DNA of 5,183 bases from a virus: IMG/VR virus record IMGVR_UViG_3300030339_000864; one strand, 5' to 3'. This document shows positions 1 through 5,183 of this stretch, in pieces. The notes under the pieces were generated by a model that was not told the DNA's origin, ran no database searches, and saw only the letters and a program-made list of their open reading frames with translations. Each line of letters begins with the position of its first letter. The stretch's first letter is position 1. Position numbers and translations under genes: made by a program.

Positions 1-127
1 TATGTCCCATATTATTCTTTGTTTATTGTTCCGTATGCTATTACGGATATTAGATTAGTTATTAACATCCAGCTTTTTTCTTCTACTTCTTTTACACATT
101 CTTCGAATGATACTTTGCCTTTTATTA
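1..127. repeat. Terminal redundancy copy 1, identical to 5057-5183; marks a circular genome of 5056 nt
   Basis: Base-by-base comparison shows 1-127 is identical to 5057-5183. The capsid ATG (5064-5066) recurs at 8-10. The 3' part of the 90-aa ORF (12-127) recurs at 5068-5183. Confidence 0.95.
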
Positions 128-284
128 CAATGTATTTCCCAATTGCAATGTTCCATTCTGTTTCTAGCTTTACCGCAATAAATGGACTTCCTTTTATTTC
201 TACTCTTTCTATTAACTTATCCGAAGAGTCCATTTGTGTAGACTCTTTTGTACGTTTTTGTTTGGTTGATTGTTCTATTATCAT
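12..284 (-). CDS. Hypothetical small protein, 90 aa, directly upstream of the capsid gene
   Basis: Open frame on the same strand as all the recognisable genes. Its TAA stop (14..12) lies 1 nt before the capsid ATG on the circle (junction TAATATG). There is no SD before the ATG at 284. An in-frame Met at codon 18 is an alternative start. I recognise no family. Confidence 0.55.
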   Translation of the reverse strand: MIIEQSTKQKRTKESTQMDSSDKLIERVEIKGSPFIAVKLETEWNIAIGKYIVIKGKVSFEECVKEVEEKSWMLITNLISVIAYGTINKE

Positions 285-408
285 AATCAGTTTTTTTTTC
301 TTTATTTATTAATACATAATTGTTTAAGTCTTTAAGATACAGTACTTCTCCTGTATCTATATCGACTCTTGTTGTTATTGTTTTCCATTGCATATTAGTT
401 TTGTTCAT
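217..408 (-). CDS. Hypothetical small basic protein, 63 aa (58 aa if it starts at the ATG at 393)
   Basis: Minus-strand ORF that overlaps the end of the 50-aa ORF and the start of the 90-aa ORF. The second in-frame ATG (393..391) sits 1 nt after the 50-aa ORF stop, the same TAATATG junction seen at the capsid gene. It contains the A9 run at 291-299. It may be the N-terminal part of a fusion with the 90-aa ORF. Confidence 0.45.
   Translation of the reverse strand: MNKTNMQWKTITTRVDIDTGEVLYLKDLNNYVLINKEKKTDYDNRTINQTKTYKRVYTNGLFG
291..299 (-). repeat. A9 homopolymer on the coding strand (T9 on plus) at the frame change between the 63-aa and 90-aa ORFs
   Basis: Plus strand reads cag-ttttttttt-c. 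On the coding strand this is GAA AAA AAA ACT in the 63-aa frame. In the 90-aa frame a TAA lies just upstream of the run and the frame is open from the run onward. Confidence 0.9.
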
Positions 409-547
409 CTAATTGATTAACTACTTCTGTTGCTATTGGTGCTGTTTTTTCAGCTATTTGTGCTGTTTTACCTCCGATTATTCCTGCAACTGCAATTGCA
501 ATATATAGCAATATCTTCCAAATACTTTGTTTTGCTTTTGTTGTCAT
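395..547 (-). CDS. Small single-pass membrane protein, 50 aa, absent from the ORF track; candidate lysis or membrane-active protein
   Basis: Manual translation from the ATG at 547..545 gives MTTKAKQSIWKILLYIAIAVAGIIGGKTAQIAEKTAPIATEVVNQLDEQN, with TAA at 397..395. The layout is a basic N-terminus, a hydrophobic stretch of about 18 residues (WKILLYIAIAVAGIIGG) and an acidic tail. It is preceded by AAAGGAGGTG with a 7-nt spacer. It fills the otherwise gene-free gap between rep and the 63-aa ORF. Confidence 0.6.
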   Translation of the reverse strand: MTTKAKQSIWKILLYIAIAVAGIIGGKTAQIAEKTAPIATEVVNQLDEQN

Positions 548-554
548 TTTTTTA

Positions 555-564
555 CACCTCCTTT
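555..564 (-). promoter_or_regulatory. Strong Shine-Dalgarno site (AAAGGAGGTG) for the 50-aa ORF
   Basis: The reverse complement of 548-570 is GTCAAGAAAGGAGGTGTAAAAAAA, followed by ATG. The GGAGG core is at 557-561. No other gene start in the genome has a comparable SD. Confidence 0.7.
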
Positions 565-580
565 CTTGACATTTATTTTT

Positions 581-1603
581 TTAACTATTAAATTCATTGA
601 TACTATTATCGATTGCGAATATGGGATTAATTTCTTTAGGTTTTTCTTTTTCTATATGATATTTATCAATTTTTAACCTTCTTTTTATTTTTAATACACT
701 TCTTTGTTTCTTATATTCACTTTTATCCCAGTTGTTTGTTAAATCTCCGTAACCTAGCTTTTTGTTTCTTATTTGTGCATACTCTAATGTTTTTTCGTAA
801 TCTTCCTCGTTAACTTCTACACCCAGAACGTATCTTGTTTTTTTATTTAACTTTTGCAACCATAATAGTTCTCTTTCTTTTTCACTATATATCTTATTTC
901 TGTAATATATTGGAAGGTTTAGCTTTGTCCCTTTTTTTGTTGTATAGTATTCTTTTGTTTCTTTTTCTGCATATTTGTTTTTTTTACTGTCACTCTTATT
1001 AATATAATTAGCGCCTATACCTGCACTTGTTAATATTTTTGGTTCGTAACCTTTATGCTCTAAGTCGATCTTATTTATGTATTTAACTATGTAATTAATA
1101 GTCTGTTCGTTTACCCATTTTCCAACATATACCCATCCATATTGCCATATTCTTTCTATTTCTTCTTTTTTTTCTGTCCATATTATCCCGTGTAAGTGTA
1201 TTCTTTCAGTGCCATTATGTCCTAACTCTGTTACTAACCAATGTTTTACAGACTTTTTGTATTTTTTTCTCCACCTTTCTAGGAATCTTCTCACGGCTAT
1301 CGTTGCTACTATATTTTCTTCTATGTTAATTCCTTCACATTCTTTTTCTGCTATTGCAGTAAGTTTTTCTAAGGCCTCATTGTTAAATGTTAGCGTCACA
1401 AATTCACATTTTTCTCTTTTTTTTATTTCTTCGTTTAATCTTACTTGCCAGTTTCTTGTTTTTTGTTTCATACATTCTATACACTTTCCACAGCCTATTG
1501 GTACATATAATGTCCTTTCATCAAAAACGGCGGGTATTATTCCGCCGTTCTTTTTGTTAGCTGTGTATTTCCTATTTTTAATTAACCTTGGATATAGACA
1601 CAT
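581..1603 (-). CDS. Microviridae replication initiation protein (VP4 / gpA-like HUH rolling-circle endonuclease), 340 aa
   Basis: It has the MCLYP N-terminus and the CGKCIEC cysteine cluster typical of microvirus Rep proteins. Motif I is FVTLTF (aa 68-73). The HUH motif is IHLHGII (aa 135-141, nt 1181-1201, codons checked by hand). The catalytic tyrosine motif is YIVKYINK (aa 171-178, nt 1070-1093). Confidence 0.93.
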   Translation of the reverse strand: MCLYPRLIKNRKYTANKKNGGIIPAVFDERTLYVPIGCGKCIECMKQKTRNWQVRLNEEIKKREKCEFVTLTFNNEALEKLTAIAEKECEGINIEENIVATIAVRRFLERWRKKYKKSVKHWLVTELGHNGTERIHLHGIIWTEKKEEIERIWQYGWVYVGKWVNEQTINYIVKYINKIDLEHKGYEPKILTSAGIGANYINKSDSKKNKYAEKETKEYYTTKKGTKLNLPIYYRNKIYSEKERELLWLQKLNKKTRYVLGVEVNEEDYEKTLEYAQIRNKKLGYGDLTNNWDKSEYKKQRSVLKIKRRLKIDKYHIEKEKPKEINPIFAIDNSINEFNS

Positions 1604-1631
1604 TGTTTTGTTTTATTTTTAATTATTAACT

Positions 1632-1680
1632 CGATTAAGTTTTGGCCGATTTTTTTTCAAAATCTGGTAAAACTTAGTCG
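1632..1680 (-). other. Long imperfect stem-loop in the VP2-rep intergenic region
   Basis: TAAGTTTT (1636-1643) pairs with AAAACTTA (1669-1676). GATTTT (1648-1653) pairs with AAAATC (1659-1664). The internal loop is GGCC/TGGT, the apical loop is T-rich, and CGA/TCG extend the base. Confidence 0.6.
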
Positions 1681-1693
1681 TTCTTCGTAGGTT

Positions 1694-1724
1694 AAGGCGT
1701 AGCAAGGCGTAAGCCTTGGCTTAC
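1694..1724 (-). other. GC-rich element: tandem 8-mers AAGGCGTA (1694-1701, 1704-1711) overlapping a hairpin with a tetranucleotide loop
   Basis: AAGGC (1704-1708), loop GTAA (1709-1712), GCCTT (1713-1717). The stem extends with two bulges to 1699-1724. The element lies just downstream of the VP2 stop on the coding strand and is locally much more GC-rich than the rest of the genome. Confidence 0.6.
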
Positions 1725-1737
1725 TTCAATTGCGCCG

Positions 1738-2670
1738 TTATTTTCCTGCTACTTTTGATGCTATTCCTATTTTTGCTGCACCTCCTATTATTTCTGTTGC
1801 AAGCTTTACCCATGTTTTCCAGTTTGTAAATATTCCTGTTTCAAACTCTGCGCTCAACTTAGCTGCTGCTGCCTTTACGCCTTCAGCGTTAGCTTTGTTT
1901 GTTTCGTTTACTAACTCTTGAAAATAACCTCTTGCCTTTTCACTAGTTAGCAGTGCACTTGCATCTGCATTTCCTGCTTCTGCTTTTGTTTTTAATAATC
2001 CTGTTATTATTTGCTGAGGTATTGCTGCATTAGGATTAATCACTAGCTCTATCTCATTATAAGCAGCATTAGCTGGTAGTATTGTTTTACCTGTTAATTC
2101 CCATTCTTTTTGGAAGTTTTCTAACAAACTTTTGTATCCATCTTGAATTAACTTGTTTACCGTGTTTTCTCTTAATGCGTTTTCTGTCTTTGTTTTTGCT
2201 TCGATGTTTTCTTTTTCTGCACCAAGCTTTTCTGTATTAGCTTGAGTTTGTTTTATTTCACTTGGCATTTTCGTTAATTGAACTCCTAGTCCTACATTTT
2301 CATTATCTGCTCGTTTTCTTTCGCTCTCATTACTTGCGCTTCCGCTTTGTATTGCCATTGGTTGGTTTGCTGTGCTTCCACCACCACCACCACCGCCGTA
2401 CATTAGTGCAGGGTTCAACCCTGCATCTTTTAACCTTTTCATTTGGTTTTTTGGAGCATTATATTCATTGGCTCTGTCTTGTGCCTCGTAGTTCATGTCT
2501 CTTTGTTGTTTCATTAGTTTTCCTTGCTGATCTACTTGGTCTTTAGCTCTGCTTTGGCTTACGCCTAATAGCTTATCTACTCCATAACCTAGTGCGCTAC
2601 CTGCTGCACTTCCTACTGCTCCCGCTGCTGCTCCTCCTACTGAGGAGGCAAAGTCTTCTAGTATTCCCAT
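1738..2670 (-). CDS. DNA pilot / minor capsid protein (VP2 / gpH-like), 310 aa
   Basis: The N-terminus is Gly/Ala-rich (GGAAAGAVGSAAGSALG). It contains NPALMYGGGGGGGS, a long charged Q/E/K-rich central region that looks coiled-coil-like, and a small-residue hydrophobic C-terminus (IIGGAAKIGIASKVAG). Its size and position between the capsid module and rep match microvirus pilot proteins. These proteins are poorly conserved, so the call rests on composition and synteny. Confidence 0.78.
   Translation of the reverse strand: MGILEDFASSVGGAAAGAVGSAAGSALGYGVDKLLGVSQSRAKDQVDQQGKLMKQQRDMNYEAQDRANEYNAPKNQMKRLKDAGLNPALMYGGGGGGGSTANQPMAIQSGSASNESERKRADNENVGLGVQLTKMPSEIKQTQANTEKLGAEKENIEAKTKTENALRENTVNKLIQDGYKSLLENFQKEWELTGKTILPANAAYNEIELVINPNAAIPQQIITGLLKTKAEAGNADASALLTSEKARGYFQELVNETNKANAEGVKAAAAKLSAEFETGIFTNWKTWVKLATEIIGGAAKIGIASKVAGK
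2380..2394 (-). repeat. (GGT)5 trinucleotide repeat inside the Gly7 tract of VP2
   Basis: Plus strand reads tcc acc acc acc acc acc gcc gta (2377-2400). The coding strand reads TAC GGC GGT GGT GGT GGT GGT GGA. Confidence 0.9.
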
Positions 2671-2691
2671 TTTCGTGTCTTTTTTAAAAGC

Positions 2692-2697
2692 ATTATA
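2692..2697 (-). promoter_or_regulatory. Possible -10 box (TATAAT) upstream of VP2
   Basis: A perfect TATAAT on the coding strand lies 21 nt upstream of the VP2 ATG. No convincing -35 sits at 17-nt spacing (TGTTCT). The AT-rich background makes chance matches likely. Confidence 0.25.
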
Positions 2698-2717
2698 ATA
2701 TTACTTGATAATATAGA

Positions 2718-2745
2718 ACACATGCGTACCGAAGCACACATGTGT
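2718..2745 (-). other. Stem-loop with a C(UUCG)G tetraloop on the sense strand, between the 101-aa gene and VP2
   Basis: The coding strand reads ACACATGTGTGC-TTCG-GTACGCATGTGT. As RNA this is a 12-bp stem that includes two G:U pairs. It starts 14 nt after the 101-aa ORF stop. No U-tract follows it. Confidence 0.6.
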
Positions 2746-2759
2746 TGACTAATCTCTGA

Positions 2760-3065
2760 TTAATTGCTCGGTAATTCTTCTTCTTTTACCGCCTTTTTTA
2801 ACCTACTCTCTAGATAAGCATCGCGTTTTGCTATCTTATCTTTTTGCACCAGACTCATTGCATCTAGTGCTACATCCCACCTATCCGTCCTTGGGTCATA
2901 ACCAGCCATTACACCTTCTTTTCTATCCGTGTATATTATCGGCGCACCATCTGTTATAGGTTCTTTTTGTTCAAATATTCTATCTACTTTTTCTTCTATA
3001 GTCTCGCCTATATAAGCAGTATTTTGCTTTATTTGTGTATTATTAGTAATTCTATTTTTTATCAT
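2760..3065 (-). CDS. Small conserved microvirus protein, 101 aa, possible scaffolding or structural accessory protein
   Basis: It starts 3 nt after the capsid stop (TAAAAAATG). The core PITDGAPIIYTDRKEGVMAGYDPRTDRWDVALDAM resembles, from memory only, a motif in small proteins of non-gokushovirus gut microviruses. It does not resemble the gokushovirus VP3 that I recall. Confidence 0.7.
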   Translation of the reverse strand: MIKNRITNNTQIKQNTAYIGETIEEKVDRIFEQKEPITDGAPIIYTDRKEGVMAGYDPRTDRWDVALDAMSLVQKDKIAKRDAYLESRLKKAVKEEELPSN

Positions 3066-3068
3066 TTT

Positions 3069-5066
3069 TTACAAATTAGGTATTTGTTTTGCACTCATTT
3101 TTCTTCTCGCTGTAATATCACTTGCTATCTGTACCCAAAAGTTCATCGCTGTCAGGTCTGTTTCTGCGAATGCATAATTATATGCACTTGGGTCTATATA
3201 TGTTGTCAAGTCTTGTATAGCACTTCCTTCTCCTTGGTACAAGAATTGATATCGTCTCGCTAAAGTCATAAACATCTCGCTTCTTTCATCTGCAAAGTTC
3301 CCGTAGATCTGGTTCTTCGAAGTCATGTAGTTCAACCATGAAGGTTGTTTACCTGCACTGAACTTTTCCTCCCCTGTTACATTATCACGAACGGTGTCCC
3401 AAAATGCCATATTTTCAGTAATTAACTCTTGCCATCCAAGTCCGTCCATGCCTGGTACGTGGAAGTCTCTTACAGTTTTTAACTCATTAAACCATTCGTT
3501 TCCTTGATAATAATCAATACGTGGTGTTATTGACGCTATTCCCATTATAATACATGGTTCGTTTTGTACATTTATATAAACTGAACCTCCTTTATGTTTT
3601 GAACTCATTGATCCTTTTCCTGCTAAACTTCCTAATGCATCTTTAGCTGTTGCACTTGTTGATACTACTTCGTTGAATATTATTTCTTTAGAAAGTCCAC
3701 CCATATACATTGGTATTTCTCGCATTCCTGAGGCTCTGACATCATAACTTGCTTCTATATAGTCGTAATATGTACCACCCGATACTGCAATTCTGTTAAG
3801 TACGTTATATACTTTTTCCGCAATATTTAACTGGTCAATTGTAAAACCACCGTCTGCTGTTGATATCTTGCTTACTTCGTTGATCCCATTAGTTCCGTCT
3901 ATCCATTCTGTATTAATCCAATTATTGAATATATCAGACTGGTACGTTTTCAAAGCAAGACCTTCTTGTGAAAATATTGAGCACATTGTAAAGTCTGTTG
4001 GGTCATCTGTGTTAAAATGTTTCACTGGTCCCACATATGGCATCTCATCATATGTACTATCAATTATGAATGGTGTTGCTCCACTATGACTTAATATTTT
4101 TTTTCTCATATTGTCGATATTTTCCAAAGGAAACTTTTCGACTTTAATCTGGTCCGCTACATATATAGCTTTGTTTGAACTTTTAAACTGCTTTATTTCC
4201 GTGCTTGCTATTCCTTCCTTATATATAACATAAACTCTATTTATTCCATTTCCTATATTTTCATTTTTTGAGAAAATTGCTATATTGCTAATTGGGTATA
4301 AAGTTTCCGTCATGTCTTTGTACATTAATCCATCGAAACTTACTCCCCTTCCTTCGAAAGTAGCTGTCATTGGGTAAGCCAGTGTTGTGTCTGTGATTGT
4401 GTCTTGCGACCCTGCATCTTGCACATCGCCTGTAACACCATATGTTTTCCATAATATTATAAATGGAGGTGTGTAATCCTCCGTATGAATCATCATACCT
4501 ATCTCTTCTTGTTTATTAGCGTAGTAGTTCTTGTAAATGTCCCAATAACTAATGTATGGAATTGCTAATTTTTCTGCCTCCACATATTCTTCATGTACGC
4601 CCTGTCTTCCTACCCCTCTTATTCCTAAGTAAGCTAATAGACTACTTTGGTTTATCTGCTGAAACTCTAATGGTATTCTATCAACGCCAAAGTTTAATGC
4701 ATTAGCTTTTAACTTTAACAATGGTAGCTTCACATTTTCCATGTGATTCCCTATTTTTGTTTCATTATTATGTAATGCAGCCTGATATAGCCTTATCGGA
4801 CACTGGAATACATCTATCTGTAGCTTGTAGCTACCAAATAGTGGACCAAGTGTCGGGTGTGTTTTCACATCCGCACCGATATTTATATCGAATGTATCTC
4901 CTGGTAAGCCTATTTCTACAAAATAAGGTACTAGTGTTCCTGTTGACATTGTAGTTCTCATAATACGACTTAGGTCGTGTGTACTTCTTTCAAACCCGTG
5001 TAGCCTTACATTTTCTTTGTTGCCACTTCCTATGCGTTCACCGCCAATGTTTACATTATGTCCCAT
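3069..5066 (-). CDS. Major capsid protein (VP1 / gpF-like), 665 aa
   Basis: The N-terminal signature THDLSRIMRTTMSTGTLVPYFVEIGLPGDTF, followed by GPLFGSYKLQIDVFQCPIRLY, is typical of the Microviridae F/VP1 family. It is the largest ORF. The start codon falls inside the terminal repeat. Confidence 0.95.
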   Translation of the reverse strand: MGHNVNIGGERIGSGNKENVRLHGFERSTHDLSRIMRTTMSTGTLVPYFVEIGLPGDTFDINIGADVKTHPTLGPLFGSYKLQIDVFQCPIRLYQAALHNNETKIGNHMENVKLPLLKLKANALNFGVDRIPLEFQQINQSSLLAYLGIRGVGRQGVHEEYVEAEKLAIPYISYWDIYKNYYANKQEEIGMMIHTEDYTPPFIILWKTYGVTGDVQDAGSQDTITDTTLAYPMTATFEGRGVSFDGLMYKDMTETLYPISNIAIFSKNENIGNGINRVYVIYKEGIASTEIKQFKSSNKAIYVADQIKVEKFPLENIDNMRKKILSHSGATPFIIDSTYDEMPYVGPVKHFNTDDPTDFTMCSIFSQEGLALKTYQSDIFNNWINTEWIDGTNGINEVSKISTADGGFTIDQLNIAEKVYNVLNRIAVSGGTYYDYIEASYDVRASGMREIPMYMGGLSKEIIFNEVVSTSATAKDALGSLAGKGSMSSKHKGGSVYINVQNEPCIIMGIASITPRIDYYQGNEWFNELKTVRDFHVPGMDGLGWQELITENMAFWDTVRDNVTGEEKFSAGKQPSWLNYMTSKNQIYGNFADERSEMFMTLARRYQFLYQGEGSAIQDLTTYIDPSAYNYAFAETDLTAMNFWVQIASDITARRKMSAKQIPNL

Positions 5067-5183
5067 ATTATTCTTTGTTTATTGTTCCGTATGCTATTAC
5101 GGATATTAGATTAGTTATTAACATCCAGCTTTTTTCTTCTACTTCTTTTACACATTCTTCGAATGATACTTTGCCTTTTATTA
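5057..5183. repeat. Terminal redundancy copy 2; includes a truncated duplicate of the 90-aa ORF 3' end at 5068-5183
   Basis: Identical to 1-127. Confidence 0.95.

Noticed and set aside
1-127. The terminal direct repeat as a biological DTR, LTR or attachment site
   Set aside because: The repeat cuts through the capsid start codon and the 90-aa ORF, which only makes sense on a closed circle. An exact 127-nt overlap is what a de Bruijn assembler run at a k-mer size of 127 would leave on a circular contig. Microviridae have no terminal repeats.
19-312. Plus-strand ORF of 97 aa
   Set aside because: It is antisense to the 90-aa and 63-aa minus-strand ORFs. The product is low-complexity and rich in F/I/S, as expected when the T-rich antisense strand is read. 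Microviridae genes are all on one strand.
565-570. Consensus TTGACA on the plus strand with a TAAATT 17 nt downstream, as a possible antisense promoter
   Set aside because: It would drive transcription antisense into rep, where no credible plus-strand gene exists. The hexamer overlaps the complement of the SD region, and such matches are common in AT-rich sequence.
1209-1622. Plus-strand ORF of 137 aa
   Set aside because: It is a shadow ORF lying entirely antisense to the clearly recognisable rep gene. Its composition is Phe/Leu/Ser-rich and it has no start context.
395-1800. Shared IIGG-K-A motif between the 50-aa ORF (AGIIGGKTAQIA) and the VP2 C-terminus (EIIGGAAKIGIA), as a possible duplication
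   Set aside because: The match is only a few small-residue positions in low-complexity Gly/Ala/Ile segments, which is too short to separate from chance without an alignment statistic.
1730-2546. Plus-strand ORFs 1730..1921 (63 aa) and 2262..2546 (94 aa, with an HHHHH run)
   Set aside because: Both are antisense to VP2. The His run is simply the (ACC)n/Gly tract read in another frame.
2967-4954. Plus-strand ORFs 2967..3263, 3868..4089 and 4721..4954
   Set aside because: They are antisense to the capsid and 101-aa genes. They are Cys/Phe/Leu-rich translations with no recognisable motifs or ribosome-binding sites.
581-5066. An alternative genetic code (TGA as Trp, as in Spiroplasma or Mycoplasma microviruses), or an integrated prophage
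   Set aside because: All major ORFs are intact and full length under the standard code, so nothing calls for recoding. The contig closes on itself, with no integrase, att-like flanks or host genes.
581-5066. Embedded overlapping genes inside rep, VP2 or VP1, analogous to phiX174 E, K, B and A*
   Set aside because: The ORF track shows no additional minus-strand ORF inside these genes at its length threshold. I did not find an SD-led internal start by eye. Shorter embedded ORFs cannot be excluded without comparative data.

Overview
The window is one complete circular ssDNA microvirus (family Microviridae) genome, written as the reverse complement of the virion/mRNA strand. Bases 1-127 are identical to 5057-5183. 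That is a circular contig linearised with a 127-nt overlap, so the genome unit is 5056 nt. All credible genes are on the minus strand and tightly packed. In transcription order around the circle they are: an untracked 50-aa membrane-protein ORF (547..395) behind the only strong Shine-Dalgarno site; two overlapping small ORFs (63 aa and 90 aa); the major capsid protein (VP1/F-like, 665 aa); a 101-aa small conserved protein; an 89-nt structured spacer; a Gly/Ala-rich DNA pilot/minor capsid protein (VP2/H-like, 310 aa); a 134-nt structured spacer; and the HUH rolling-circle replication initiator (VP4/A-like, 340 aa). The sequence is AT-rich, roughly one third GC by eye. I see no tRNA, rRNA, CRISPR array, integrase or transposase. 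The points worth a second look are: the small transmembrane ORF as a lysis candidate; an A9 homopolymer exactly where the 63-aa and 90-aa ORFs change frame; repeated TAATATG stop-start junctions; the two structured intergenic regions (candidate origin and RNA elements); and the non-gokushovirus gene order with a large capsid protein. Protein family calls come from motif recognition by eye, not from searches.
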